Shown here: positions 10,479-22,076 of the stretch, piece after piece
Numbering within the stretch: position 1 is the stretch's first letter
Layout of the letters: each line of letters opens with the position of its first letter
Assembly (NCBI GenBank): GCA_026936335.1
Contig: JAPMXV010000071.1
Coordinates: 1-64,000, forward strand
Reading direction: 5' to 3'
Length of the DNA: 64,000 bases
Source: Mantamonas sphyraenae STR306
Taxonomy: Eukaryota; Protista; CRuMs
Notes under the pieces: model-generated
What the model saw: the letters and a program-made list of their open reading frames with translations, nothing else
Told to the model about the DNA's origin: nothing
Databases searched by the model: none
Position numbers and translations under genes: made by a program

Positions 10479-11734
10479 ACCCAGCCAAATCCATGTTCTC
10501 TCGCCCCAGCTCAAAGTACCGCGCCCTCGTCGACAAGGGCATCTTCCGCAACGACCCCAAACAACTCTCCGTCCTCTCTCTCCTCGATGACCTCCATGAC
10601 CGCCTCGTCGACTACGACCCGCACGCCGCCCTCAAGCGCATCAACGACGACCACTCTCGCGCCCAGTCCATCTTTTCCCGCTGGATGCGCCCCGATGACG
10701 CTGCCCTCACTCTCGACAACCGCATAGACGCCAGTCCTCTCCTTCCCAAGGGCCTCTATCTCCACGGCGGGGTCGGCGCAGGCAAAACCGCCCTCATGGA
10801 CCTCTTCTACGACTCCGTCTCCCACCTCGCAAAGCGACGCGTCCACTTTAACGAGTTTATGCTCCATGTCCACGAGCGCGTCCACGCTCTTCGCAAGCAA
10901 GGCTTCGCTTCCGACGCCGTCCCGCACCTCGCCGAAGAGATTCGCGACCAGAGCCTCGTCCTCTGCTTCGACGAGTTCCAGGTCACCGACGTTGCTGACG
11001 CCATGATGCTCCGCCGCATCTTTGACCGTCTCTTCAACATGGGCGTCGTCATGGTCGCCACCTCAAATCGCGCCCCGCGTGACCTGTACAAAAACGGCAT
11101 CCAGCGCGACACCTTTCTCGAGTTTGTCGACCGCCTCGAGCACCGCTGCATCATCCACAACCTCGACGTCCAAGACTATCGTCTCACGGGCTCCATGCGC
11201 CACGACATGTACTTTGTCGGCGACCACACTCACCAAAAAGCCGCCCAGCTCTTTGTCCAGCTTGCCGGAAGCGACCTCGGCGACCCCGTACGCCTTCCCG
11301 TCGCCCAGGGCCGCTCCCTGCTCGTCCACAAGGCCCACAACGGCGTCGCCCAGCTCTCCTTTGCCGAAACCTGTGACGCCGCCCTCGGCGCTTCCGACTA
11401 CCAGGCCCTCGCCGACAACTTCCACACCGTCATTTGCACACACGTGCCCGCCATGACCCTGCAGGAGCGCACCCAGCTCCGCCGTTTCATCACTCTCATC
11501 GACGTCCTCTACAACGCCTCTGTCAAGCTCGTCATCTGCGCAGAACGTGAGCCACGCACCCTCTTCCGGCCCGTCTTTGACCCCAACGAAGACCTCGACC
11601 CATCTGCCCCGCTTCCCGACTATGACGAGGTGTTTGCCTATGATCGCACCCTCTCCCGCCTCATCGAGATGCAGAGTGACACCTACCTCACCAAGCACTG
11701 GCCCAAACACAAGCTCCTCAACAAACCGCTTTGA
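10475..11734 (+). CDS. AFG1L: AFG1/LACE1/ZapE-family ATPase
   Basis: PKGLYLHGGVGAGKT, LCFDEFQVTDVADAM, ATSNRAP.DLY, RRFITLIDVLY, RTLSRLIEMQ. Confidence 0.95.
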   Translation: MNPAKSMFSRPSSKYRALVDKGIFRNDPKQLSVLSLLDDLHDRLVDYDPHAALKRINDDHSRAQSIFSRWMRPDDAALTLDNRIDASPLLPKGLYLHGGVGAGKTALMDLFYDSVSHLAKRRVHFNEFMLHVHERVHALRKQGFASDAVPHLAEEIRDQSLVLCFDEFQVTDVADAMMLRRIFDRLFNMGVVMVATSNRAPRDLYKNGIQRDTFLEFVDRLEHRCIIHNLDVQDYRLTGSMRHDMYFVGDHTHQKAAQLFVQLAGSDLGDPVRLPVAQGRSLLVHKAHNGVAQLSFAETCDAALGASDYQALADNFHTVICTHVPAMTLQERTQLRRFITLIDVLYNASVKLVICAEREPRTLFRPVFDPNEDLDPSAPLPDYDEVFAYDRTLSRLIEMQSDTYLTKHWPKHKLLNKPL

Positions 11735-11738
11735 TTTC

Positions 11739-14700
11739 TCACGATCCCCACTCCTCCCACAGCCACGCCTCTTCTCCATTCGGCTCCACAAACAACGGCA
11801 ACAGCGAATGTCGGATCAAATCCGGCCGCTTTGCAAGCACCCGCTTGTACAGCATCCGCCCTTGCCGCTGCCGCCCGGTCAGCCTGTAAACCATTGCCAG
11901 ACGCCACTCCATCTGCCAATCGTAAAACCGATTGTGTGCATGCTTCACACTTTGCACATACAGCTCCTCCGCCAGCGTGTAGTTCCGCCCCGCCTCCGCA
12001 ATCAGGCCCAGCCAGAACGGCGGCATCGGATCCAGCGGCCACCGCTTCATCTTGGCTTCCAGTCGCTTCACGCTGTCCTTGTGGCACCGAAACGCCACAA
12101 TCAAGTGGTCTTGAAGCATGAGATCCGGCGGCATGATGTCTGCGTGAAGCGTCCGCATCAGCGACTCCGCTTCTGGGTACTTGCTCTTGGTGCGCTGCAT
12201 GCTGTCCCGCTTGTACCGGTACAGCAACAGAAACTCTGGGATCCGAACAACCTGCATCCCAGGCAAGTGCAACAGGGAGATCCAGTGGCTCCAGTCCTCG
12301 TTGCCCAGGATCTGTCCGCGCGGGTAGCCCCCCACAAGGATTGAGTCTGCACGCGCAAACACCGTCTGCACAGGCAGCACCCCTTCCCCAATGCTCAGTT
12401 CACGCATCTTTTCAATCGTCGGTTGCACAGGGATCCTCCACGACCAGTCGCTCTCACCAAAGAACGCTTGGTCCGCAGTCACCATCAACCGCGTGCTGTT
12501 GCTCCGCATAATCACCTGCGCCGCTCGCTCAAGGTACGTCGAAGCCAGCCCGTCATCTGCGTCCAGCGCCACAATCCACTCGTAGTTTGCTCTCTCGATC
12601 CCCAGATTCCGAGCGTCACTCAGCCCTCCGTTTGGCTTGGAGATCACCCGGATGTCCTTGTTCGAGTACTTGCTTGCCATCAGCTCCCCCAGACTTCCGC
12701 ACCGGTCGGGGCTCCCGTCGTCCACAATCAACACCTCATAGCGATGGTATGTCTGCGCCACCACACTCTGGATTGCATCCTCCAGGTATTGGCTCTGCCC
12801 GTAACACGGAACCACAATCGAAAACCACGGCGGCTCCCGACGCACCTCTCCCGCCTCGCTTTCGTCTGCCACCACACCTGCGCCCTCCTTCGTCTCTTCA
12901 TCCTTGCTTGCTTTCGCCTGCCCGTGCGAGGGCATGTCGTCAGACTGTTCCAAGTACGCCAGGTACGTCATTCCCCGCAGGCCGTACGCAACCATCAGAA
13001 ACGCCAGCCTGCGACGCACCGCCGACCGCCACGACAGTCCCACCGCCCAAATGTACACCTCGTGTGCTGCAAACAGAAGCACCATAATCGTCGTCGTGTG
13101 CTCGTGCACGTCCTCCAGCACCGGTCGTGCCGTCTCCCTGCTCCCCGCGCACATCTTCACCCACCGCGCGCTGTAATACGGCGACATGCCCGTCATTGTC
13201 ACCTCTACCGCACGAGACGTGCTCCCTGCTACGTTGCACGAGTACGTCAGATGCAATTGCTGGTAGTTGGCTCGCGAATCATCCCTGCGCGTCGCTTGGA
13301 TCCGCAGCCCACTCGTGTTGAACGTGAACGACGGCAACGTCGAGATCTCAATCATCGGCATCGTAAACAGGAAAAATCGCGACCACGACACACGCTCGCT
13401 CACCACACGCAACGCCTCTGTCGACCGCAACACGTCGTCCTCCGGCTCGTCCGCTCGGTGAAACTCCTCTTCGCCCCCGTCCTTCTCCCACGACAAACGA
13501 AACACCGTGTTCTCCAGCGCAAGCGACCGTACTTCGTGTACGCTCACCACATCCGTGTACAACCGCACCTCTGCCATTTGTCCCCGCAGCAGATGCTTCC
13601 ATATCGACACCGCCCGCTCCTCCTCCTCCTGCCCATCCCAACGCAACTCGCTCACCTGCTCGCCTTCTCGTGCACCCAACACTACCGTTTGCACGGCCGA
13701 AAACACGTTCCATCGCGCACGATGCGTACGCACTCCGTCCTGCCACACGTACATCCACCCCGACTCTTTGTCCATCGTCAACAGATAATTGTGCCATCCA
13801 CCCTCCCGCCACACCACACGCCGATCCAGCGTCTTCAAACTCAGCTCCTCTCCTGCCACAACCACCTGCACCGGTTTGTGTGCACTCTCCGGCACACGCA
13901 CTTCCATCGTCTGTCCGTTTGCCAGCCGCATCGAGATCCACGTCCCGCCCACGTGCATGTTGCTCGGATCCACGTTGCCCCACCAACTCAACGACATCTG
14001 TGCACTCGACATTCTCCCGTGGCCCAGCCGGCTCACCACAAAGTCTGACCCCCCAAAGTGGATCGCCTTGGCCGACATTCGCGCAAACGCCGTGTCCTGC
14101 ACCACCCCCGGCGCCCCGTACACCATCCCATCGTTCCCGTGGCACGAAAAGTCCTTCACCGTCTGCCGAGACGACATAAACTCGTAGTGCAGCACCAGCT
14201 TCGAGTTGCAGTTTGCGTGCCGATCACGTGCCGCCCCGTCCACCACCCGACACGTGTGCCACCACCGGATCTTGATGTATGGCTGTGCAATGTGCAGTGT
14301 CACCATCGCAGGAGTTTGCACCGTTTGCTTGCTGTCCACACACCGGTGGTTCACCACCAGCTTCACAACTCGTCCTGGCGCAAGCGACATCCGCTGGTCA
14401 ATCTTACTTGCCGTACGGTCCAGCCACACTTCCACGCTTGGATTCGACGTGCGCACCTGTGGAATGGACGCCTCCATGCTCTGGCCCTCCACAATCCAGC
14501 AGTACAGCACCAGCACGTCATTCTCCGTCACCAGTTGCTCCTTTGACACGCTCACGCCGTGCTTCACCACATCCGCCACCCCAGGTCGTGTGCCCACGTG
14601 GATATGTGAACTTGTGCGATGATGCGCCAACGCTGCCACCTCTTGTCGCCCCAGTCGCCCTTCAATCACACGCACATTCTCAACGCGCCCGGCAAAGTAA

Positions 14701-16295
14701 TGGTTCCGTCGCCACCACTCTCCTTCACTGCCTGCCCCTCCACCCTGTTTCCCCATCAATGCCTTTGTCACCCGTCCACCCAACCACATCCCCGTAAACC
14801 TCCGTGGCCCTCGTCCCACCGCCACACTTCCAAACTCACGTTCCTGCAGCGATTGCGCGTCCATCACAAGCTCCACGTGGTTCCGCTCCAAATTCAGCTG
14901 CAGCATCATATGGTGCCACCCGTCGCACAGATTTCGGTGCACCACTCGGATCAGCCGCGTCCGCTGCAGTGTCTTCCGGTTCTCGTAAATCAGCGCCGGC
15001 TCCATGTAGCCCCGCTGATCCGCGTGCAGCGAGTTGGACACCAGAACGAACCGCTCCATGCCCGAGTACAGCTCCAAAAGCACGCTTTCTTTGGCCCCGG
15101 GCATGCATCGTCCACTGTAGAACCACGCAGAGATCGAAAAGTTGCTTGCCATCTTGCCCGGAAGCGGAAGAAACACCTCCGACTCCTGCATGCGCAGTGT
15201 CACCGGCCCCTCCTTTTCGATCGCAAGTCCCTTGCTCGTGCCGTGCAGGCCGTTTCCAGACTCGTCCTTCAGCGTGTACAGCCGTTGTTCCCCAGACACC
15301 ATCCGTCCCCGCTGCTCACTACGCAGCCAGTGGCCAACCACGTTTCCGTTCCGCCCTCTTCCCCGCACCTCCGGTCGTTCCCCACACTCTTTCACCTTGC
15401 CACCCAGTGCCACGTGCCTCCTCACCGCACACGCAAACGACGACTCGTACTCTTGCACAATCTTCTCGTCCAGCTCTCCGACCATTGCTTTCCACGCTGC
15501 ATCCCGTCCCAACTCCAACACCATGTGATCGTCCAGTTCGTACGTTCGCGACCGAAACAAGCCCATCAGAATGTCGTTCCGCTCCTCCAGCGCGTACCCG
15601 ACCCTCTCCCTCTCCTTTACTCCCCACTGGTGCGCTCGGCCCTTCTGCACCGTCCCCATCAGCACTCCAGCCAGCTTTTGCAGCACACGAGACCCGCTCT
15701 TTCCCTTTTCCTCTGCGCTCTCCACAACATCTCGCAGGTGGGCCAATAGCTCCGAGCCCGCCTTGCCCCCCAACACCGCAGGATTCAGTGCCTGCTTTGC
15801 ACCGCTTCCACTCACAGCAAAGCTCACTTCCACACCCTCTGTTGAATCCCAGTAGTCTCTCAACGTAATCACCGTCAAATCCTGCACCACACCCCCGTAC
15901 TTCTCCAGCACCCGCAGCTTTGCCCCGAGACTCCAGAGTTGCCCCGACGCAGCCTTTTGCCCTTCCACTCGCACCAGCGTCACAAACATGCTCGCCTTTT
16001 CCCACCACGCTCCTCGAGGCGTGTACCCGCAGTGCAGCCGCACCTTGTTCGGCTTCAGCACGTTGAACGCACTCCGCACTGCAAGAAATTCGCCAAACGA
16101 AAACTCCTGCGACGTAGCCTCCCTCCCTTCCGCCCCGTACTCGCCTTCTCCCTCCCGCTCCACCCTTTCCCACCCGTCTCCACACACAAAGTGCACATTC
16201 CGATCGTGTGATTCTTCGTGCGTCTCAGCCACATGCACGCATGCCGCCAAAACCACAGCCACCGCAACCACCACAACCACCACGCTGCCTCGCAT
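11739..16295 (-). CDS. Large secretory-pathway protein: signal peptide, two LamG/ConA-like jelly-roll regions, two hydrophobic segments, GT2 glycosyltransferase domain, TPR-like tail
   Basis: MRGSVVVVVVAVAVVLAA; FSISAWF..DGWHH..FAGRVENVRV and SLSWW..GGWHN..GQMAEVRLY; SIVVPCY..IVDDGSPD..NGGLSDARNLG..LDADD. Confidence 0.8.
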   Translation of the reverse strand: MRGSVVVVVVAVAVVLAACVHVAETHEESHDRNVHFVCGDGWERVEREGEGEYGAEGREATSQEFSFGEFLAVRSAFNVLKPNKVRLHCGYTPRGAWWEKASMFVTLVRVEGQKAASGQLWSLGAKLRVLEKYGGVVQDLTVITLRDYWDSTEGVEVSFAVSGSGAKQALNPAVLGGKAGSELLAHLRDVVESAEEKGKSGSRVLQKLAGVLMGTVQKGRAHQWGVKERERVGYALEERNDILMGLFRSRTYELDDHMVLELGRDAAWKAMVGELDEKIVQEYESSFACAVRRHVALGGKVKECGERPEVRGRGRNGNVVGHWLRSEQRGRMVSGEQRLYTLKDESGNGLHGTSKGLAIEKEGPVTLRMQESEVFLPLPGKMASNFSISAWFYSGRCMPGAKESVLLELYSGMERFVLVSNSLHADQRGYMEPALIYENRKTLQRTRLIRVVHRNLCDGWHHMMLQLNLERNHVELVMDAQSLQEREFGSVAVGRGPRRFTGMWLGGRVTKALMGKQGGGAGSEGEWWRRNHYFAGRVENVRVIEGRLGRQEVAALAHHRTSSHIHVGTRPGVADVVKHGVSVSKEQLVTENDVLVLYCWIVEGQSMEASIPQVRTSNPSVEVWLDRTASKIDQRMSLAPGRVVKLVVNHRCVDSKQTVQTPAMVTLHIAQPYIKIRWWHTCRVVDGAARDRHANCNSKLVLHYEFMSSRQTVKDFSCHGNDGMVYGAPGVVQDTAFARMSAKAIHFGGSDFVVSRLGHGRMSSAQMSLSWWGNVDPSNMHVGGTWISMRLANGQTMEVRVPESAHKPVQVVVAGEELSLKTLDRRVVWREGGWHNYLLTMDKESGWMYVWQDGVRTHRARWNVFSAVQTVVLGAREGEQVSELRWDGQEEEERAVSIWKHLLRGQMAEVRLYTDVVSVHEVRSLALENTVFRLSWEKDGGEEEFHRADEPEDDVLRSTEALRVVSERVSWSRFFLFTMPMIEISTLPSFTFNTSGLRIQATRRDDSRANYQQLHLTYSCNVAGSTSRAVEVTMTGMSPYYSARWVKMCAGSRETARPVLEDVHEHTTTIMVLLFAAHEVYIWAVGLSWRSAVRRRLAFLMVAYGLRGMTYLAYLEQSDDMPSHGQAKASKDEETKEGAGVVADESEAGEVRREPPWFSIVVPCYGQSQYLEDAIQSVVAQTYHRYEVLIVDDGSPDRCGSLGELMASKYSNKDIRVISKPNGGLSDARNLGIERANYEWIVALDADDGLASTYLERAAQVIMRSNSTRLMVTADQAFFGESDWSWRIPVQPTIEKMRELSIGEGVLPVQTVFARADSILVGGYPRGQILGNEDWSHWISLLHLPGMQVVRIPEFLLLYRYKRDSMQRTKSKYPEAESLMRTLHADIMPPDLMLQDHLIVAFRCHKDSVKRLEAKMKRWPLDPMPPFWLGLIAEAGRNYTLAEELYVQSVKHAHNRFYDWQMEWRLAMVYRLTGRQRQGRMLYKRVLAKRPDLIRHSLLPLFVEPNGEEAWLWEEWGS

Positions 16296-16455
16296 CCCAG
16301 CCTTTAGCCTCACGGTATTTCTCGTCATTCCTCTGCTACAAACTTGTCCGTCGGCCTCACAGACACACTCTGCTTGTGTCCCTGCGTTTCTGTCCCTCTG
16401 TCGATTGCACAGGCTGCTCCCGTCGGCGCAGCGCAACCCTCAACCCGCAGCCACC

Positions 16456-17450
16456 ATGTTCTCCCGCACCTCCCTCTCATCCTCCACCTCCACCCTAACC
16501 ACTTTCACACCCTTGCCACACGTTCTACCGCCACCGCCGTGACCCCACTCGACATCAACCACTCGCTCATCACCGCCGACAACACAGCCTCCAAAGACAA
16601 CATCCACAGTGCCTTTGTCTTCATCCACGGACTCTACGGAAACGCAAACAACTTCCGCTCCCTCTCCAAGCAGATCGTCCGCACCTGCGCCGCCCAGGAT
16701 CTGCCCTTCGACGCCGCCTACCTCCTCGACATGCGCAACCACGGCGCCAGCCCGCACTCCGACCACATGACCTATCCCCACATGGCTGCCGATGTACATT
16801 CTTTTCTCCACCACCGCCCTCATCTCCGAAACGTCATCCTCGTTGGCCACAGCATGGGCGGCAAGATCGTCATGCACGCCGCCCTCCAACCCTCCGCTGC
16901 CCACCCCCTGCCCGACAACATTGCCCTCGCCGTCGTCGACATCGCCCCACGCTCTTACGACATGCTTGAGCATGCAGGATACATCGACGGCATGCTCGCT
17001 GTCGACCAGCACCGCGGCAAAGTCTTTTCCTCCCGCAAGGACCTCGACGCTCTCTTTCAACAACACGTCACTGAAAACACCATGGTCAAGCAGTTTCTCA
17101 TGACCAACCTCATCACAGACCGGGCCGACGACTCTCACGGCAAGGGCGCCGTCGTCTTTCGCGGCTTCCGCATCAACCTCGCCGCTCTCAAGGACTCCCT
17201 CGACCACCTCTCCGGCTGGCACCTCGACTCACAAAACACACATCCATTCTCTGGTCCCACCACATTTCTCGCCGGCTCCCATTCAAACTATCTCGTCCCC
17301 GACCGCGACTGGCCGCGCATCGAATCCCTCTTCCCAGCAGCCCCACCCCTCCACGCCCTTGACGCCGGCCACTGGGTCCACAGCGAGAAACCCAGAGAGT
17401 TTACGCAGCTCATGGTTGACTTTGCTGCACGTGTCACTCGCACCCTGTGA
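16456..17450 (+). CDS. ABHD11: ABHD11/YbfF-like alpha/beta hydrolase, mitochondrial-type presequence; apparent frameshift near 16490-16510
   Basis: IHGLYG, DMRNHGASPH, GHSMGGK, VVDIAP, AGHWVHSEKP; ATG 16456 (MFSRTSLSS) is out of frame with the body. Confidence 0.85.
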
Positions 17451-17469
17451 AAACAAACGCCGCTTTCAT

Positions 17470-18251
17470 TCACTCCAAGTTCCGAAAGATGGCCGCAATG
17501 TTGGCCACCAGCAGATCACGGTTCGGCTTGTGGTGCTGCAGGTCCATCAACAACGTGCGCAACGACGGCCCGCCCGATACGCACGCAATGTCAAACAGGA
17601 TCGCATTTGCCGGAATCTTGCTCAGGTGCTTCAGCAGCACCGCCAGACACTCTTGCACCTCCGTCAGCCCGCTCATCATGGCCGACGTGGCTGCTGCAAA
17701 CCACGACTCGTTCGAACACTGGCTCAGAAATGCTTTGAAGAAGCCACTCTGCACAGTCAGCGACAGAAACACCCGCGCAACACGCAGCAGCAGCGTCGCA
17801 GACTTGCGCGACCGGCTCGCATTCTTCCGCAGCCGAGCGCTCCCCAGCAGCGGTGTCAGCACAGACACGCCGTGGTACTGCAGCAAGAACAGCTGCTTCA
17901 CTTCGTGGTCGCCCAGATCCTCCCGCAGGATGTCCAGCACCTCTCCAAGCACATCCATGTCCGTCGAAAACTTGCTCAGAATCAAGCAACTCAGCGTGCG
18001 CACCACCTGTTGATCACTGTTGACAAACGACCCGTGGTTGCCCTTGTATAGCCGCCTCAGAATACGCTCAATTGTCGTCTTCATCGCCCCGTTGTCATCG
18101 TGAAAGTTCCGCATCACAGACCACGCAAACTCCAGAAACACCTGCTGCGACCCAGAGTAGTCGTCCATGTTGCGCATCACAAGTGCAATCCCAGGCAGAC
18201 ACTGCAGCGCATACCCGGAGTTGTCGTACCGCAGCGGCTGCACACTCGACC

Positions 18252-18285
<34 letters not shown>

Positions 18286-19749
18286 AACACGGATGACCCG
18301 AATCGCGTCCCTCGGCTCGTCTCGCTCCCGTCTGCAATGATGTTCAGAAGCGACAGCACAAGGCCGCTCACCATGTGTGCTGCGCTCGACTCGTCCACAG
18401 CCACGCTCAGCTGCGATGGCGCTGTGTTTACCCGCTCTCCAGATCCGAGGCTGTACCCGTCCTCCTCGCTCTCTCCGTCATCCCCTGCCATGTTCAGTGT
18501 CTCGATGTATTCTGCAATTGTGTGACGCGTCTGGTCCTGCAGAATGTCAGAGATCGTGTCGTGAGGCTTGTCCTTTGCCCGCAGCTCCTCCAGATCACGA
18601 AGTGTCGAACGAAGCGCCTTGCCGCTCCCCCCGCGCCGCCCTCCTCGCTTTCCACTGCTATTGCTGCTCACGCTGCGCTTTCCCTTGCCCTTGCCCTTGC
18701 CCTTCCCGCTTTTCTTGCGCCCTCCCAGAGACCGTTGCTGTTGCTGCGCCGCCAGCACTTGCTGACTTAGATTCGTCGTTGCCACCTGCATAGACAGCTC
18801 AGACACGGCTCGAGACAGTTGCTCCGTGCGCTTCCGCTCAGCATCCAGCTGCGCCTGCAACTCCTGCGCCTCTCGGCTTGTCTGGCCCAGGCTGCTGCTT
18901 TTCGTCGTTGTCGTCGACGCGTTTGGCATCTGAATCGGCGACAGACGCCCTGCTTCGGTGCTGTTCAGCATAAACGACTGCATCTGGCCCTCCCGCTCCG
19001 CCAGTGCCTGCTCTCGCTCTGCCAGCGCCGCGCTCTTGCTCTTCAGAAACTCAGACACGTTCAGCAGCTCGCCCTGCCATTTCGTCGTACATGTCTCCCT
19101 TTGGTGTCTTGGCGTGCGATGAGCTCGTGTGGCTGCCCCCGCTCCGATTCAGCACTGTTGTGCTTGTCTCTCCTCGCGTGCTCTCGTTCAGCTCCCTGAT
19201 CGCCTGCACGTAGTTTGCGCGGGCAAATTCCCGCTCCGCCTCTCGAATCCCGTCTTCAAACCCCACCTCGTACGTATTCACATTGCTGTCGCTCATGTTG
19301 TGTCGCGTGAGCCGTCCCTTCCCTTTCACCCGTCCGCCTCCCCCCTGTTCCTCCCAGAACGATGCCCCTGCCCGTTTTGCCTCCTCTCCAACCGCCACCC
19401 ATGACGACTGACGACCTCCCCGCACCGTTGTGCTCCGCGACGGACTCTGGTACGAAAACTGCACTTTGCCCTGCGCATACACACATACACACATCACCCA
19501 TCCACCCTGTTAGCAATCACACCCCACACACACACACACACACTCAAACCTCTCTGCCGCGCTTACCCCCACAATCTGCTCGTTAGCGCTCAACTCTTCG
19601 TAAAAGTCTGCTTCATCCTCGTCTCCGTCTCCTTCTTCATGCGCATGCTCTGAAAACGTCTCTGCCCATGGCAGCTCTGCCTTTTGCATAAAGCGCCGGA
19701 TGCGTGCCTTTGCTCGCACTTCCTCCTGCAGCCAGGCCCCCCATTCCAT
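17470..19749 (-). CDS. Unknown protein with coiled coil and helical (ARM/HEAT-like) C-terminus; intron 19471..19566; two apparent frameshifts (~19073, ~18250)
   Basis: ORFs 19510..19749, 19051..19497, 18177..19058 and 17470..18243 join via a GTAAGC..GCTAAC..GCAG intron and 1-nt changes in G runs. Confidence 0.6.
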
Positions 19750-19906
19750 GTCAACACACTCCCATCATGTCCTCTCTCCATCCAATCACCTCCACACTCT
19801 CTCCCCTGTACCCCCATTCTCACATCTCCCAACTCACCATGTCGCTGCTGTTGATCTCTGCGCCCGCTCGCGCACTCGTTTCCGCTTCCCACCCGCTTTC
19901 CCAACC

Positions 19907-20329
19907 ATGTTTGCAGCAAACTCAGCAAAGGCCACCGCATCCCTGACCACACACCTTGCCTCTTCTTCTGCAGCCGCTGCCGCCGCCTCCTCTCAACTCA
20001 TCCATACCGCCTCCACCAACCTCGTCGCAAAGCTTTCCGACGACGAGCGCAAGCAGCTCCTCCCAGACCTCGAAAGCGCTGGCTGGTGCCTCCAGGACGG
20101 CCGCGACGCCATCGAGAAGCAGTTTCTCTTTGACGACTTTGTCCAGGCCTGGTCCTTCATGTCCAAAACCGCAGAGTACGCCGAGCAAGTGCAGCACCAC
20201 CCCGAATGGTTCAACGTCTACAACCGCGTCGACGTCACCCTCTCCACACACGACGCAGACGGCCTCTCCCACAAGGACTACGATGCAGCACGCAAGATGG
20301 ACGAATTTGCCGCAGAGGTCACGCAGTAG
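19907..20329 (+). CDS. PCBD: Pterin-4-alpha-carbinolamine dehydratase with organellar presequence
   Basis: GRDAIEKQFLFDDF..AW.FM..AE..HHPEWFNVYNRVDVTLSTHD. Confidence 0.95.
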   Translation: MFAANSAKATASLTTHLASSSAAAAAASSQLIHTASTNLVAKLSDDERKQLLPDLESAGWCLQDGRDAIEKQFLFDDFVQAWSFMSKTAEYAEQVQHHPEWFNVYNRVDVTLSTHDADGLSHKDYDAARKMDEFAAEVTQ

Positions 20330-20409
20330 ATCACGCACAAACTTTGTTCCGCCCTCTCACGTCTCTCTCTCTCTCCCTCTTCCCCCCCACAACCACCCTC
20401 CTCTTGCCG

Positions 20410-21683
20410 TCACTCCTCCACGTCAATCCCGCTCTCCACATCCTCCTCAAAGTATCGGATCGTCTTGTCCGAGTTGCCCGTCAGCAGCCACTGACCCGAC
20501 TTGTCAAACTTGGAGCACAGCACGCCGGCCTCTGCATCCAGTGACCCCGGCTGCACAGGCGTTTCCAGCTGCTGAAAGTTCGTGCCGCTCTCCCAGTCCC
20601 AAAAGTACATGCTGCCGTTGTCGCCGCCGCTCACCAGCACGTTTTCGTTGTTCAGCGCCAGGCTGTTGATAATCACATTGTGCCCACTCAGATTCTGCAT
20701 AAAGTTGCCCTTGGGACACTTCCACTGCTTGATGTTGTCCGGCGACGCGCTCGCAAACGTAAACTCCTCCGGGTGCACCGCCAGCGCGCGTACGCTTTTC
20801 TTGTGGTGCGTCAGCTTGACGTTGGCCTTGCCGGTGCGCAAATCCCACAGGCACACCTTTGCATCCATGCCTCCACTGATCACGTGCGGCACATTGCTCT
20901 GCGTGGCCAGTGACAGCACCGCACCGTCGTGTCCACCCAGCACCCACACCTCCTTCCGCGTACGGATGTCCCACACCCGCGCCGTTGCGTCTCGCCCACC
21001 CGTCACAAACACATTCAGGTCTTCCAGCAAGGCGCATGTGTACACGCCGCTCAGATGCCCGTGGTACGACCGGATCTCCTGGTTCGTTTCCAGGTCCCAG
21101 CACTTGCTCATCTTGTCGTCTCCCACAGAAAACAGGTATGTATACTTCTCCGAAACCGCCACGCCTCGCACCTTGCCAATGTGGCCCGTCAGCGTCACCT
21201 TTAGCTCTCCCGCCACCAAATCCCAGATCTTGATCGTCGAGTCGCCCGCCCCCGTCACAAACCACTGGTTTGTCGGGTCCACGTCCAGCGAGTGCACCCA
21301 CCCCAGGTGGCCTGAAATCACCTGTGCAAAGTGTGTGCGCCATGCGCCCTCTGCGTGTCAGTTTTTGCTGGCCCGCCGACGTTTTCCCGCCAATCCTTCT
21401 CTGCGGAACACGCGCCTTTACCCGCCCAACCCGCTCCCTTACCCTCTTCAGCTTCCACTGCGGGTGGTACTTTGCTTCCACTCGCTTTCCCGTGTTGTAC
21501 TGCAGCAACTCCTTCTTGCTGTGAGGCTGGTATGCCTCCTGAAGCGCCTCCTTCTTCTTCTTCAGCACCAGCGCATGTTGCTCCGCTTCGTGCTTCTTTG
21601 CCGCCACAGACTTTGGCAGCGACTCCAGAAGCATACCCACGTCGGATTTCGCGCCTCCCTCCTCACTTTCTGTCCTAGTGCTG

Positions 21684-21728
<45 letters not shown>

Positions 21729-22000
21729 GACATGGTCTCTGCCCCCTCCCCCTCCTCTTCCAATCCCAACGCCGCCCGCAGCCCAGCCGGGATAGTCTTT
21801 CCCTTGTTGTCCTTGCGCTTCTTCTCCGCAGGTGCCTCTAGAGCCAACGCATACTCGTCGTCCGTCAGGATCGCCAGCCTCTTTCGCGTCCCTTCCTGGC
21901 TCACAGCCACACGGTTGGGGTAGTTTGGCAGAAACAGCTCGTGCGTCTCTGCCAAACTCTTTACATACCGCTCCGCCAGCTGTGCTGTAGTCTCGTCCAT
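20410..22000 (-). CDS. PLRG1: Pleiotropic regulator 1 / Prp46 WD40 splicing factor; intron 21322..21442
   Basis: HPQWKLKR|[49 protein letters not shown]. Confidence 0.95.
21680..21727. repeat. Coding trinucleotide tract (poly-Ser); similar at ~18253-18285, ~37908-37943, ~62448-62502
   Basis: (CTG)n/(GAC)n/(CAG)n runs inside ORFs. Confidence 0.9.
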
Positions 22001-22076
22001 CCTTCCTGCAAGAAATTCACTGCCTCCACCCGCTCAAGCAGCGCAGGCGTTCCCAAACCAGCGCCTGCATCCACCC

